DNA of 64,000 nucleotides from Escherichia coli (GTDB lineage Bacteria; Pseudomonadota; Gammaproteobacteria; Enterobacterales; Enterobacteriaceae): NCBI RefSeq assembly GCF_044324875.1, contig NZ_CP172185.1; one strand, 5' to 3'. Shown piece by piece: positions 31,242 to 40,806 of this stretch (position 1 is its first letter; each line of letters starts with the position of its first letter). The notes under the pieces were generated by a model. It saw only the letters and a program-made list of their open reading frames with translations, ran no database searches and was not told where the DNA came from. The position numbers and the translations under genes were made by a program.

Positions 31242-32717
31242 TCATTTTTTGCTTTTTTGTACTTCCTTTTCGTATTTGTTCCACATAGCCTTTTGCTCTT
31301 CGGGACTGAGTGCTGTATTACCACTGGCAAGAAACACCTTGAACGCTTCTAACTCAAGCCCTGGGTTGTGGCTTTTCCAGCGGCGAAAACGCTTAGCGTG
31401 ATTATCATCAAGAGTGAAACGCTTTTGCTTATTCTTTGAACCTTGCGGCCTGCCTCTCGACCTCTGCTCATCATCAATACCGATATCTATATACTCAATA
31501 TTATCTGTAAGAGATCTGGCTTGCCATTCATCAAAAACATAAACAGTCTGTGTTTCAGTACTGTCAAAATCCCTTGAAATTCCTCGTAGTACGAACTGGT
31601 GTAAACTTTCGTACTCCCTCGCAACATGTATCGCCTCGCCGTCAATCTCAAAGAACAATTCGCACTGTTTAGCCTCTGTTTCAGAGGGACGCATACAAGC
31701 GAGCCAGACGCACGTGAGCAAGTGTTGGTACTGGTTAAATCCTCTGGCATCCGGGCTTATCTCTGTGCCGTTCCTTAGGCTCTGAGAATCGCTTTTGTTC
31801 TTCGTCCAGTAGAAATCCTGCCCCTCAAGTTTCTCATCAATAAATGAGTATATTTTTTGTACTTTATCAGGGTTGTTAGTCTTCCATGTCTTTGATAGTT
31901 TGTTGTTTTTTGAGAAGTAATAAACTTTTAATCTGTTTTTGAGTTCAGTTTTTCGTGTCAGTAATCCTTCAAGTTCAGTACTTTCAAAGAGTTCTTTATT
32001 GCCTTTATAGATCAATGACTTTTCAAAATTCGCTCCGAGAAAGGTGATTGATACGTCTTTGTACTTACTGAGATCTTTCCATGCGGTAATATTAAGCTGT
32101 TCCTTTTTCGCATCGGTAAAGTACTCATTATTCATGATGAACATATCATTTTCGTTAATTGCTGGTAGCTGGTTCAAAATATTCTTCAGTACTTCCCCTT
32201 GTATTTCTGGTTTTCTTTCTGCCGCAATATACATATTTCTGTCATCTAATGACTGTACATTGTGTATTAATGAATTAAGAATTACATTTTTTATATTAGT
32301 ATCACCCTCATTAATATTCTGAAAAGAATGAAAATTAGTTACGTCATCAATATAAACATTCCACCCGGACAATAATTCAACAGAAATTTTAAAAAAGGTT
32401 TTGTCTGTGATAAGTAATGTCGATGAATTCGAACTATTCAAATAATCGATAACAGTACTAATTACACTTTCATCTCTCGGAACTGAATCTGTAATAATAT
32501 ACTTACAATCATTAATTTGTTTTGCTGTCTGTTTAATAAGTTCTTGTGTGTTCTGCACTAAAATATATTTTTCAGTACTATTGTTAATTAAATTACATAT
32601 AGCAGTAGTTTTACCTGAACCACAAGGGGCGGAGACATACTTAAATTTATTATAAATAGGTGTAGGATTAATCATTTGTACACGCTCCATATTGATTAAT
32701 TTAGAAAGGTCAGCCAT
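31242..32717 (-). CDS. P-loop NTPase, helicase-like, of unknown function
   Basis: 491-aa ORF; Walker A VSAPCGSGKTTAI near the N-terminus, Walker B-like WNVYIDDVT; basic C-terminal region RSRGRPQGSKNKQKR. Confidence 0.6.
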   Translation of the reverse strand: MADLSKLINMERVQMINPTPIYNKFKYVSAPCGSGKTTAICNLINNSTEKYILVQNTQELIKQTAKQINDCKYIITDSVPRDESVISTVIDYLNSSNSSTLLITDKTFFKISVELLSGWNVYIDDVTNFHSFQNINEGDTNIKNVILNSLIHNVQSLDDRNMYIAAERKPEIQGEVLKNILNQLPAINENDMFIMNNEYFTDAKKEQLNITAWKDLSKYKDVSITFLGANFEKSLIYKGNKELFESTELEGLLTRKTELKNRLKVYYFSKNNKLSKTWKTNNPDKVQKIYSFIDEKLEGQDFYWTKNKSDSQSLRNGTEISPDARGFNQYQHLLTCVWLACMRPSETEAKQCELFFEIDGEAIHVAREYESLHQFVLRGISRDFDSTETQTVYVFDEWQARSLTDNIEYIDIGIDDEQRSRGRPQGSKNKQKRFTLDDNHAKRFRRWKSHNPGLELEAFKVFLASGNTALSPEEQKAMWNKYEKEVQKSKK

Positions 32718-32792
32718 TCCAGTGTCTGGCCTTTCGTTGTTTTAGTTATTAGTATTTAGGCATTGAAAAATAATTTTATTTGGCATAGTAAA

Positions 32793-34355
32793 TCATGATT
32801 TATTGATTAAATACTCCACCGATTTTAGGTCATCATTCTGAACTGCCATAAATTTCACATCACCAGTTTTACTATCAATTACCATTGCTTGCTTCTCATT
32901 AACACCAATATAATTCACAACTAACATAATAGCATTTCCTAAACGCTTCATTTTTATATTTTTAATAACACGTTTAATCTTCACATTAAAATTAAGTCTT
33001 AAATTAGTATTCTTAGAGTCGAGCAAATCATCAGTGCACGATTCTTTTAAATCGCTAAATTTTTCATAACCAACATTTGATTGTTTCAACCTAGTAATTT
33101 CAGTTCGTATTTCGCTAATACGACGTTGGAGGTTTTTTAGTATACGTCTATCATTAGGGTCAGGTATGTATTCCTTTTCCATGTCTGCGAGTATTTCGCT
33201 ACTATAATTTTCTTTTGTAGCTAGCTCTATTGAAAGATAGTTTATTTTAATTTGTATATCATCATCGTTTGACCTCAACATAGAAAAGTCAAAATTCCTG
33301 ATATGTTCCAATAAAGCATTTTCTATAATCTTGTATTTGAAACCTCTTTCTTTGCATTTATCAATTTTCAATAGACTCCCACCACAACGAAAGTATGTAT
33401 CACCTTTTTTATCGACAGAATTAACTTGGACATATCTGCCACAATTCATACATATGCATAATCCTGCAAATAAATTATTAGCTTTTACATTTACTTTTCC
33501 CAACGGGTTTCTCTGCTTTCGTAAATCATTTACAGTTTCAAATAATGATTGTTCAACAACCACTGGATAGATAATCATACCATCTAAAATTTTACGTCCC
33601 GTAGAATTGAATTTACCAATAAGCCTTTGATCTTTAATTATTTTAACCAAATGATTAATAGTCGGCTCACTTTCATTTATCTGCATTTTTTTCTTTTTTA
33701 GTTCATCACGGATTGCAGCAGGTCCAAATCCATCAGCATACATTTTAAAAATAAGGTTGAACTTCTCAGCCTCACCTTCTTTTATCACATACTTATTATT
33801 TTTAACTTCTATCCATGATGGCACTCGATGTGTTAAAACAGATGTTCCTTCGATAGTATTTTTTATTCTTTCATCCCAGTTTTTAATACTTAAGCGAGCT
33901 TTGCGTTTACTTTCATTATGTGCTCGCTGTAAACCTCCTGAAATAATATTCAGATCACTATATTGGTGATGTATCATTTCTGTTTCTACTTCATGAATAT
34001 CGCATCCAGCATTAATCAAGCTCAAGAATAATCCTGCGGCTCGGTTGGGTGCGGCTCTACTAAAGCGGTCTAGGTTTTCAATGACTAACACTGAATTAGT
34101 GATCTTTTTCTGTAACACATCATCTATAAAGTTTTTCAGTACAGAACCATCTTCGATATTTTTTCCGCTATATGCAGATACACCTTCGGCATACAACCAA
34201 CTAATATCCCCAAACTCATAGCCACGGTTATGTTGAGAATCATCGTATGCAGCAACGTAATCTCGCAGCATTGTTTGCTGTCTCGACATGCCATAGCCAT
34301 CTTTAGCTTGTCCTCTCGAACTGACACGAGCGTAGCAATACACCGCTTTTTTCAT
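32793..34355 (-). CDS. large serine recombinase (island integrase)
   Basis: 520-aa ORF; N-terminal resolvase domain YCYARVSSRGQ with VIENLDRFSR, Cys-rich zinc ribbon CICMNCGRY...YFRCGG, C-terminal coiled coil; 41 bp from the island/ppdD junction. Confidence 0.85.
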   Translation of the reverse strand: MKKAVYCYARVSSRGQAKDGYGMSRQQTMLRDYVAAYDDSQHNRGYEFGDISWLYAEGVSAYSGKNIEDGSVLKNFIDDVLQKKITNSVLVIENLDRFSRAAPNRAAGLFLSLINAGCDIHEVETEMIHHQYSDLNIISGGLQRAHNESKRKARLSIKNWDERIKNTIEGTSVLTHRVPSWIEVKNNKYVIKEGEAEKFNLIFKMYADGFGPAAIRDELKKKKMQINESEPTINHLVKIIKDQRLIGKFNSTGRKILDGMIIYPVVVEQSLFETVNDLRKQRNPLGKVNVKANNLFAGLCICMNCGRYVQVNSVDKKGDTYFRCGGSLLKIDKCKERGFKYKIIENALLEHIRNFDFSMLRSNDDDIQIKINYLSIELATKENYSSEILADMEKEYIPDPNDRRILKNLQRRISEIRTEITRLKQSNVGYEKFSDLKESCTDDLLDSKNTNLRLNFNVKIKRVIKNIKMKRLGNAIMLVVNYIGVNEKQAMVIDSKTGDVKFMAVQNDDLKSVEYLINKS

Positions 34356-34396
34356 TTTATTTTCCCTAAAATCATAACAGTAAAAAGCAGTATATC

Positions 34397-34801
34397 ATGG
34401 TGGTTATTGGCATCATTGCCATTTTAAGCGCCATTGGTATTCCCGCTTATCAAAACTACCTGCGCAAAGCCGCACTCACCGACATGCTACAAACCTTTGT
34501 GCCTTACCGTACCGCCGTAGAGTTGTGCGCGCTGGAACATGGTGGATTAGATACCTGCGACGGTGGCAGTAATGGCATCCCCTCGCCTACCACTACCCGC
34601 TATGTTTCAGCCATGAGTGTGGCAAAGGGCGTGGTGTCGCTGACCGGGCAAGAAAGTCTCAATGGGCTAAGCGTCGTCATGACGCCGGGTTGGGATAACG
34701 CAAACGGCGTCACCGGTTGGACGCGCAACTGCAATATTCAAAGTGACAGCGCATTGCAGCAAGCCTGCGAAGATGTCTTCCGCTTTGATGACGCCAACTA
34801 A
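34397..34801 (+). pseudogene. ppdD: ppdD 3' portion (codons 13-146) lacking the prepilin leader and its own promoter
   Basis: MVVIGIIAILSAIGIPAYQNYLRKAALTDM... matches the mature PpdD pilin from residue 13; island DNA immediately upstream. Confidence 0.75.
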
Positions 34802-34810
34802 GGAGCGGCA

Positions 34811-36196
34811 ATGAATATTCCACAGCTCACCGCCCTGTGTCTGCGTTATCAGGGAGTCTTGCTGGATGCCAGCGAAGAGGTGGTTCATGTTGCGGTGGTC
34901 GATGCCCCTTCGCATGAGCTACTGGACGCATTGCATTTCGCTACCACCAAACGTATTGAGATCACCTGCTGGACGCGCCAACAAATGGAAGGTCACGCCA
35001 GTCGCACACAACAGACATTGCCCGTAGCTATTCATGAGAAGCATCAGCCCAAAGCAGAGTTGCTGACTCGAACGTTACAATCTGCGCTGGAACAACGCGC
35101 GTCTGATATTCATATCGAACCAGCGGACAATGGCTACCGCATACGCTTGCGTATCGACGGCGTATTGCATCCTTTACCGGATGTTTCACCGGATGCCGGA
35201 ATCGCATTAACCGCCAGATTAAAAGTGCTGGGGAACCTGGATATTGCGGAACATCGCCTGCCGCAGGACGGGCAATTCACTGTCGAACTGGCAGGAAACG
35301 CCGTCTCATTTCGTATTGCGACCTTACCATGTCGGGGTGGTGAAAAGGTGGTATTAAGGTTGTTACAGCAGGTGAGTCAGGCACTGGATGTCAACACGCT
35401 TGGAATGCAGCCGTTACAACTGGCGGACTTTGCTCATGCCTTGCAACAACCACAGGGACTGGTGCTGGTAACAGGCCCTACAGGCAGCGGCAAAACGGTC
35501 ACGCTTTATAGTGCCCTGCAAACGCTGAATACCGCTGACATTAATATTTGTAGCGTAGAAGATCCGGTTGAGATCCCCATAGCCGGACTAAACCAGACGC
35601 AAATCCATCCGCGTGCCGGACTCACCTTTCAGGGCGTTTTGCGTGCGTTATTGCGCCAGGATCCTGACGTCATCATGATCGGAGAGATCCGCGATGGCGA
35701 AACGGCAGAAATTGCCATTAAAGCCGCGCAAACCGGTCACCTGGTGTTGTCTACCCTACACACTAATTCCACCTGCGAAACGCTGGTACGTTTACAGCAA
35801 ATGGGAGTCGCCCGCTGGATGCTATCATCGGCGCTTACGCTGGTAATAGCCCAGCGTCTGGTACGCAAACTTTGCCCGCATTGTCGCCGGCAGCAAGGGG
35901 AGCCCATCCATATTCCAGACAATGTATGGCCGTCGCCGCTGCCCCACTGGCAGGCACCCGGTTGTGTACATTGCTACCACGGTTTTTATGGTCGCACGGC
36001 CTTATTTGAAGTTCTGCCCATAACACCGGTCATACGTCAGCTTATTTCCGCTAATACCGACGTTGAATCGCTGGAAATGCACGCCCGACAGGCGGGTATG
36101 CGTACGCTTTTTGAAAACGGCTGCCTGGCCGTGGAGCAAGGCTTAACCACCTTTGAAGAGTTAATCCGCGTATTGGGGATGCCGCATGGCGAGTAA
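34811..36196 (+). CDS. hofB: type IV pilus assembly ATPase (GspE/PilB family)
   Basis: 461 aa, Walker A GPTGSGKT, CxxC...CxxC motif; follows ppdD as in K-12. Confidence 0.9.
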   Translation: MNIPQLTALCLRYQGVLLDASEEVVHVAVVDAPSHELLDALHFATTKRIEITCWTRQQMEGHASRTQQTLPVAIHEKHQPKAELLTRTLQSALEQRASDIHIEPADNGYRIRLRIDGVLHPLPDVSPDAGIALTARLKVLGNLDIAEHRLPQDGQFTVELAGNAVSFRIATLPCRGGEKVVLRLLQQVSQALDVNTLGMQPLQLADFAHALQQPQGLVLVTGPTGSGKTVTLYSALQTLNTADINICSVEDPVEIPIAGLNQTQIHPRAGLTFQGVLRALLRQDPDVIMIGEIRDGETAEIAIKAAQTGHLVLSTLHTNSTCETLVRLQQMGVARWMLSSALTLVIAQRLVRKLCPHCRRQQGEPIHIPDNVWPSPLPHWQAPGCVHCYHGFYGRTALFEVLPITPVIRQLISANTDVESLEMHARQAGMRTLFENGCLAVEQGLTTFEELIRVLGMPHGE

Positions 36197-37388
36197 GCAA
36201 CTCTGGCGCTGGCATGGCATAACCGGCGACGGTAATGCGCAAGATGGGATGCTATGGGCAGAGAGTCGTGCTTTACTGCTTATGGCACTACAGCAACAGA
36301 TGGTTACCCCACTTAGCCTGAAGCGAATCGCCATCAATTCTGCGCAGTGGCGAGGAGATAAAAGCGCGGAAGTCATTCATCAACTGGCGACGCTACTCAA
36401 AGCCGGGTTAACGCTTTCTGAAGGGCTGGCACTGCTGGCGGAACAGCATCCCAGTAAGCAATGGCAAGCGTTGCTGCAATCGCTGGCGCACGATCTCGAA
36501 CAGGGCATTGCTTTTTCCAATGCCTTATTACCCTGGTCAGAGGTATTTCCGCCGCTCTATCAGGCAATGATCCGCACGGGGGAATTGACTGGTAAGTTAG
36601 ATGAATGTTGCTTTGAACTTGCTCGACAGCAAAAAGCCCAGCGTCAGTTAGCCGATAAAGTGAAATCAGCGTTGCGTTATCCCATCATCATTTTAGCGAT
36701 GGCAATCATGGTGGTTGTGGCAATGCTGCATTTTGTGCTGCCGGAGTTTGCTGCTATTTATAAGACCTTCAACACCCCACTACCGGTACTAACGCAGGGG
36801 ATCATGACGCTGGCAGACTTTAGTGGCGAATGGGGCTGGCTGCTGGTGTTGTTCGGCTTTCTGCTGGCGATAGCCAATAAGTTGCTGATGCGCCGCCCGA
36901 CCTGGCTTATCGCGCGGCAGAAATTGCTGTTACGCATCCCGATTATGGGTTCACTGATGCGGGGACAAAAACTCACGCAGATCTTTACGATTCTGGCGCT
37001 GACTCAAAGTGCAGGCATTACTTTTTTACAGGGCGTAGAGAGCGTCAGAGCAACAATGCGCTGCCCGTACTGGGTGCAACTTCTGACACAAATCCAGCAC
37101 GATATCAGTAACGGTCATCCCATCTGGCTGGCGCTAAAAAATACCGGTGAGTTTAGCCCGCTCTGTTTGCAATTAGTGAGAACAGGAGAGGCATCCGGCT
37201 CGCTGGATCTCATGTTAGACAACCTCGCCCATCATCATCGGGATAACACACTGGCGCTGGCGGATAACCTCGCAGCCTTACTGGAACCGGCGTTGCTGAT
37301 CATAACGGGAGGAATTATCGGTACGCTGGTGGTGGCAATGTATCTGCCCATTTTCCATTTAGGCGATGCAATGAGTGGAATGGGATAA
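36186..37388 (+). CDS. hofC: type IV pilus inner-membrane platform protein (GspF/PilC family)
   Basis: 400 aa, [21 protein letters not shown]...; overlaps the hofB stop by 11 nt. Confidence 0.9.
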   Translation: MASKQLWRWHGITGDGNAQDGMLWAESRALLLMALQQQMVTPLSLKRIAINSAQWRGDKSAEVIHQLATLLKAGLTLSEGLALLAEQHPSKQWQALLQSLAHDLEQGIAFSNALLPWSEVFPPLYQAMIRTGELTGKLDECCFELARQQKAQRQLADKVKSALRYPIIILAMAIMVVVAMLHFVLPEFAAIYKTFNTPLPVLTQGIMTLADFSGEWGWLLVLFGFLLAIANKLLMRRPTWLIARQKLLLRIPIMGSLMRGQKLTQIFTILALTQSAGITFLQGVESVRATMRCPYWVQLLTQIQHDISNGHPIWLALKNTGEFSPLCLQLVRTGEASGSLDLMLDNLAHHHRDNTLALADNLAALLEPALLIITGGIIGTLVVAMYLPIFHLGDAMSGMG

Positions 37389-37417
37389 CGCTGGCGTGTT
37401 GCTCCACGCCAGCGTTG
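37387..37417. terminator. Hairpin (aacgctggcgtg / cacgccagcgtt) between convergent hofC and guaC
   Basis: 12-bp perfect inverted repeat spanning the hofC stop region. Confidence 0.5.
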
Positions 37418-37422
37418 GGAGA

Positions 37423-38466
37423 TTACAGGTTGTTGAAGATGCGGTTTTCTTGTTCCAGCACACGGATAAATGTGGTGCGCTTGGTCAGCTCTTTCAGGCG
37501 TGAAGCCCCAACGTATGTACAAGCTGAACGCAGGCCGCCCAAAATATCACGCGCGGTATTTTCAACCGGGCCTCGCAGCGGCAGCTTAACGGTTTTACCT
37601 TCTGCTGCGCGATATTCCGCAACGCCGCCAACGTGACGTTTCATCGCAGACTCGGAGCTCATGCCGTAGAACAGCATAAATTTCTCGCCGTTCTCCTCAA
37701 CGATGCGACCGCCGCTCTCTTCGTGGCCCGCCAGCATGCCGCCAAGCATGACGAAATCGGCACCGCCGCCAAAGGCTTTCGCGACATCGCCCGGCGTGGT
37801 GCAGCCACCGTCGCTGACGATCATTCCGCCCAGACCATGCGCAGCATCGGCACATTCGATCACCGCAGAAAGTTGCGGATAACCGACGCCTGTTTTGACG
37901 CGAGTTGTACAAACAGAACCTGGGCCAATGCCAACTTTAACGATATCAGCACCGGAGAGGATAAGCTCCTCACACATTTCACCAGTCACTACGTTGCCAG
38001 CACAAATGGTTTTGGTCGGCCACGCTTCACGCGCTTTCGCAACGAACTGCACGAAGTGTTCGGAATAACCATTCGCCACATCAATACAAACGAAATTTAA
38101 TGCCGGGTTCAGGTCGAGAATCTGTTTAGTTTTTTCGAAATCCGCATCTGATGTACCGGTAGAAACCATCACATGTTTCAGCACATCAACGGAAGAATTG
38201 TTGATAAACGCTTGCCACTCTTCGACAGAATAGTGTTTATGCACAGCAGTCAAAATATCAAAAGAAGCCAGCGCAGAGGCCATAGAAAATGTGCCTACGG
38301 TGTCCATATTTGCGGCGATAATCGGCACGCCGGACCAGCTCTGACCTGAATGTTTGAAGGTGAATTGACGTTCCAGTTCAACATCGGAACGGCTTTTAAG
38401 AGTGGAGCGTTTAGGGCGGATGAGAACGTCTTTAAAACCTAACTTCAGATCTTCTTCAATACGCAT
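37423..38466 (-). CDS. guaC: GMP reductase
   Basis: 347 aa, [37 protein letters not shown]..., IMPDH/GMPR fold. Confidence 0.93.
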   Translation of the reverse strand: MRIEEDLKLGFKDVLIRPKRSTLKSRSDVELERQFTFKHSGQSWSGVPIIAANMDTVGTFSMASALASFDILTAVHKHYSVEEWQAFINNSSVDVLKHVMVSTGTSDADFEKTKQILDLNPALNFVCIDVANGYSEHFVQFVAKAREAWPTKTICAGNVVTGEMCEELILSGADIVKVGIGPGSVCTTRVKTGVGYPQLSAVIECADAAHGLGGMIVSDGGCTTPGDVAKAFGGGADFVMLGGMLAGHEESGGRIVEENGEKFMLFYGMSSESAMKRHVGGVAEYRAAEGKTVKLPLRGPVENTARDILGGLRSACTYVGASRLKELTKRTTFIRVLEQENRIFNNL

Positions 38467-38690
38467 GTGCGGATTCCTGGGGTTAATGGCTATAAGGGTA
38501 AGAGCGCAACTCCAGTGACGTTATCATACGCACTAATCAATGCGGCGCAAGACTGCGAAATTGTCTTTTTTTACGCTACAATCCCATAAATTTACCTGGT
38601 AAATAGTGAGCGAACGTTTAATCAATTTCGCTTTCGTGCGCTCATTTTTAACGTTTTGATAATCATGATGAATTCCCGGGAATATAAATT

Positions 38691-39311
38691 ATGAGGTATA
38701 TAGTTGCCTTAACGGGAGGCATTGGCAGTGGCAAGAGTACCGTTGCCAATGCGTTTGCTGATCTCGGAATTAACGTCATTGATGCCGATATTATTGCGCG
38801 TCAGGTGGTTGAACCAGGTGCACCTGCGCTACATGCCATTGCTGATCACTTTGGCGCTAACATGATTGCTGCTGATGGAACATTGCAGCGCCGGGCCTTG
38901 CGCGAGCGGATCTTCGCCAACCCGGAAGAGAAAAACTGGCTTAACGCCCTGCTGCATCCGCTGATTCAGCAAGAGACGCAACACCAGATCCAGCAAGCTA
39001 CTTCCCCCTATGTACTATGGGTTGTGCCATTGCTGGTAGAAAACTCACTGTATAAAAAAGCGAATCGAGTGCTGGTGGTGGATGTCAGCCCAGAAACGCA
39101 ACTTAAGCGCACCATGCAGCGCGATGATGTAACTCGCGAGCATGTTGAACAAATCCTTGCTGCTCAGGCAACGCGCGAAGCCCGCCTTGCCGTGGCAGAT
39201 GACGTCATTGATAATAACGGCGCACCGGATGCTATCGCATCGGATGTTGCCCGCCTGCACGCACACTATTTGCAGCTTGCGTCGCAGTTTGTCTCACAGG
39301 AAAAACCGTAA
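38691..39311 (+). CDS. coaE: dephospho-CoA kinase
   Basis: 206 aa, [22 protein letters not shown] (P-loop). Confidence 0.9.
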   Translation: MRYIVALTGGIGSGKSTVANAFADLGINVIDADIIARQVVEPGAPALHAIADHFGANMIAADGTLQRRALRERIFANPEEKNWLNALLHPLIQQETQHQIQQATSPYVLWVVPLLVENSLYKKANRVLVVDVSPETQLKRTMQRDDVTREHVEQILAAQATREARLAVADDVIDNNGAPDAIASDVARLHAHYLQLASQFVSQEKP

Positions 39312-40054
39312 TGCAGACCCAGGTCCTTTTTGAACATCCACTAAATGAAAAAATGCGTACGTGGCTGCGCATTGAGTTTTTGATTCAGCAACTCACCGTT
39401 AATTTACCCATCGCTGACCACGCTGGCGCGCTGCATTTCTTCCGTAATGTCAGTGAATTACTGGATGTTTTCGAGCGTGGCGAAGTCCGCACTGAGCTGT
39501 TGAAAGAACTTGACCGGCAGCAACGTAAACTCCAGACCTGGATTGGCGTGCCTGGCGTGGACCAGAGCCGTATTGAAGCATTAATTCAGCAGTTAAAAGC
39601 GGCGGGGAGCGTATTAATTTCCGCGCCGCGTATCGGGCAATTTCTGCGTGAAGATCGTTTGATTGCTCTGGTGCGTCAGCGACTGAGCATCCCAGGCGGC
39701 TGTTGCAGCTTTGATTTACCTTCATTGCACATTTGGCTGCATCTACCCCAGGCGCAGCGCGACAGCCAGGTAGAAACCTGGATTGCCAGCCTGAACCCGC
39801 TCACCCAGGCACTTACCATGGTGCTGGATTTAATTCGCCAGTCGGCCCCCTTCCGTAAACAAACCAGCCTGAATGGTTTTTATCAGGATAACGGTGGCGA
39901 TGCCGACTTGCTGCGCCTGAATCTGTCGCTCGATTCACAGCTTTATCCGCAAATTTCCGGTCATAAGAGCCGTTTTGCCATTCGTTTTATGCCGCTGGAC
40001 AGTGAAAACGGACAGGTACCGGAACGTCTGGATTTCGAATTGGCCTGTTGCTAA
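39311..40054 (+). CDS. zapD: cell division protein ZapD (YacF)
   Basis: 247 aa, [24 protein letters not shown]...; ATG overlaps the coaE stop. Confidence 0.88.
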   Translation: MQTQVLFEHPLNEKMRTWLRIEFLIQQLTVNLPIADHAGALHFFRNVSELLDVFERGEVRTELLKELDRQQRKLQTWIGVPGVDQSRIEALIQQLKAAGSVLISAPRIGQFLREDRLIALVRQRLSIPGGCCSFDLPSLHIWLHLPQAQRDSQVETWIASLNPLTQALTMVLDLIRQSAPFRKQTSLNGFYQDNGGDADLLRLNLSLDSQLYPQISGHKSRFAIRFMPLDSENGQVPERLDFELACC

Positions 40055-40063
40055 GGAGTAAAA

Positions 40064-40261
40064 ATGTCAGAAACTATTACGGTGAATTGCCCAACCTGCG
40101 GGAAAACGGTGGTATGGGGTGAAATCAGCCCGTTTCGGCCATTTTGCTCCAAACGTTGTCAGCTGATCGACCTCGGAGAATGGGCTGCTGAAGAAAAACG
40201 AATCCCCAGCAGTGGCGATCTTTCCGAAAGCGATGACTGGAGCGAAGAGCCAAAGCAGTGA
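40064..40261 (+). CDS. yacG: DNA gyrase inhibitor YacG (zinc finger)
   Basis: 65 aa, CPTCGK...CSKRC zinc ribbon. Confidence 0.88.
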
Positions 40262-40267
40262 CATTTT

Positions 40268-40360
40268 GTCTGATGCGACGCTGGCCTGATAAGACGCGCC
40301 AGCGTCGCATCGGGCATCTTGTGCAAATGTTGGATGCGGCATAAACACCTATCCGACATA
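40268..40360. repeat. REP (repetitive extragenic palindromic) elements between yacG and mutT
   Basis: gatgcgacgctggcctgataagacgcgccagcgtcgcatc palindrome plus a second ggatgcggcataaac...atccgaca unit, typical REP sequence. Confidence 0.55.
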
Positions 40361-40747
40361 CACGCGCTTAAGCTTCGCAATTACCGGTTCATTGGCTGGC
40401 GGAAACTCATCGGCATTAAGACCGACCAGCGACATCCACTTACCGGGTTGCCCTTCTTTACCCCACGGCTCCCCTTCCCAGCTTTCGACCAGCCAGAACC
40501 ACAGTGTTATATGCCTGTCCGGGAATTCATATTCGAGTTTTTCAAATAGCGAAAAATGTTGTGGGGTAATCCCGACTTCTTCCTGAAGTTCACGCACCAC
40601 CGCCTGTTCCGGCGTTTCACCCATTTCAATTTTACCGCCGGGAAACTCCAGTTTATTCGCCATGTGCGCATCTGCTGCGCGACGGGTTATAAAGATTTCA
40701 TTGTTCTCGTTGCGAATAATACCTACCGCAATTTGCAGCTTTTTCAT
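40349..40747 (-). CDS. mutT: 8-oxo-dGTP diphosphatase (Nudix)
   Basis: 132-aa ORF, MKKLQIAVGIIRNENNEIFITRRA..., Nudix box GGKIEMGETPEQAVVRELQEEVG. Confidence 0.88.
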   Translation of the reverse strand: MKKLQIAVGIIRNENNEIFITRRAADAHMANKLEFPGGKIEMGETPEQAVVRELQEEVGITPQHFSLFEKLEYEFPDRHITLWFWLVESWEGEPWGKEGQPGKWMSLVGLNADEFPPANEPVIAKLKRVYVG

Positions 40748-40762
40748 TGTCTTAAACCTATA

Positions 40763-40789
40763 AAAAAGGCGCAGAATCCTGCGCCTTTT
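40763..40789 (-). terminator. Rho-independent terminator of secA
   Basis: aaaaaggcgcag-aatc-ctgcgcctttt; on the minus strand the stem is followed by a T-run; 18 bp after the secA stop. Confidence 0.55.
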
Positions 40790-40806
40790 ACTTCAACTGT
40801 TAGCTT

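Larger units (their letters stand above)
24812..34396. mobile_element. About 9.6 kb AT-rich integrative island inserted in ppdD, with a large serine recombinase at its right edge
   Basis: Flanking ppdD halves are contiguous in the protein (codons 1-15 left, 13-146 right); 12-bp imperfect direct repeat ATGGTGGT(C/T)ATT at 24800-24811 and 34397-34408; interior visibly much more AT-rich than flanks; recombinase genes present. Confidence 0.75.

Noticed and set aside
24812-34396. Island as a prophage or an IS/transposon
   Set aside because: No capsid, tail, portal or lysis genes and no transposase or terminal inverted repeats were recognised; the only mobility genes are two serine recombinases, so it is called an integrative island rather than a prophage or IS
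40349-40360. MutT C-terminus (…KLKRVYVG) seems a few residues longer than the K-12 protein as I recall it
   Set aside because: Cannot verify the reference C-terminus from memory; the difference is minor and may simply reflect strain variation or the REP element abutting the stop
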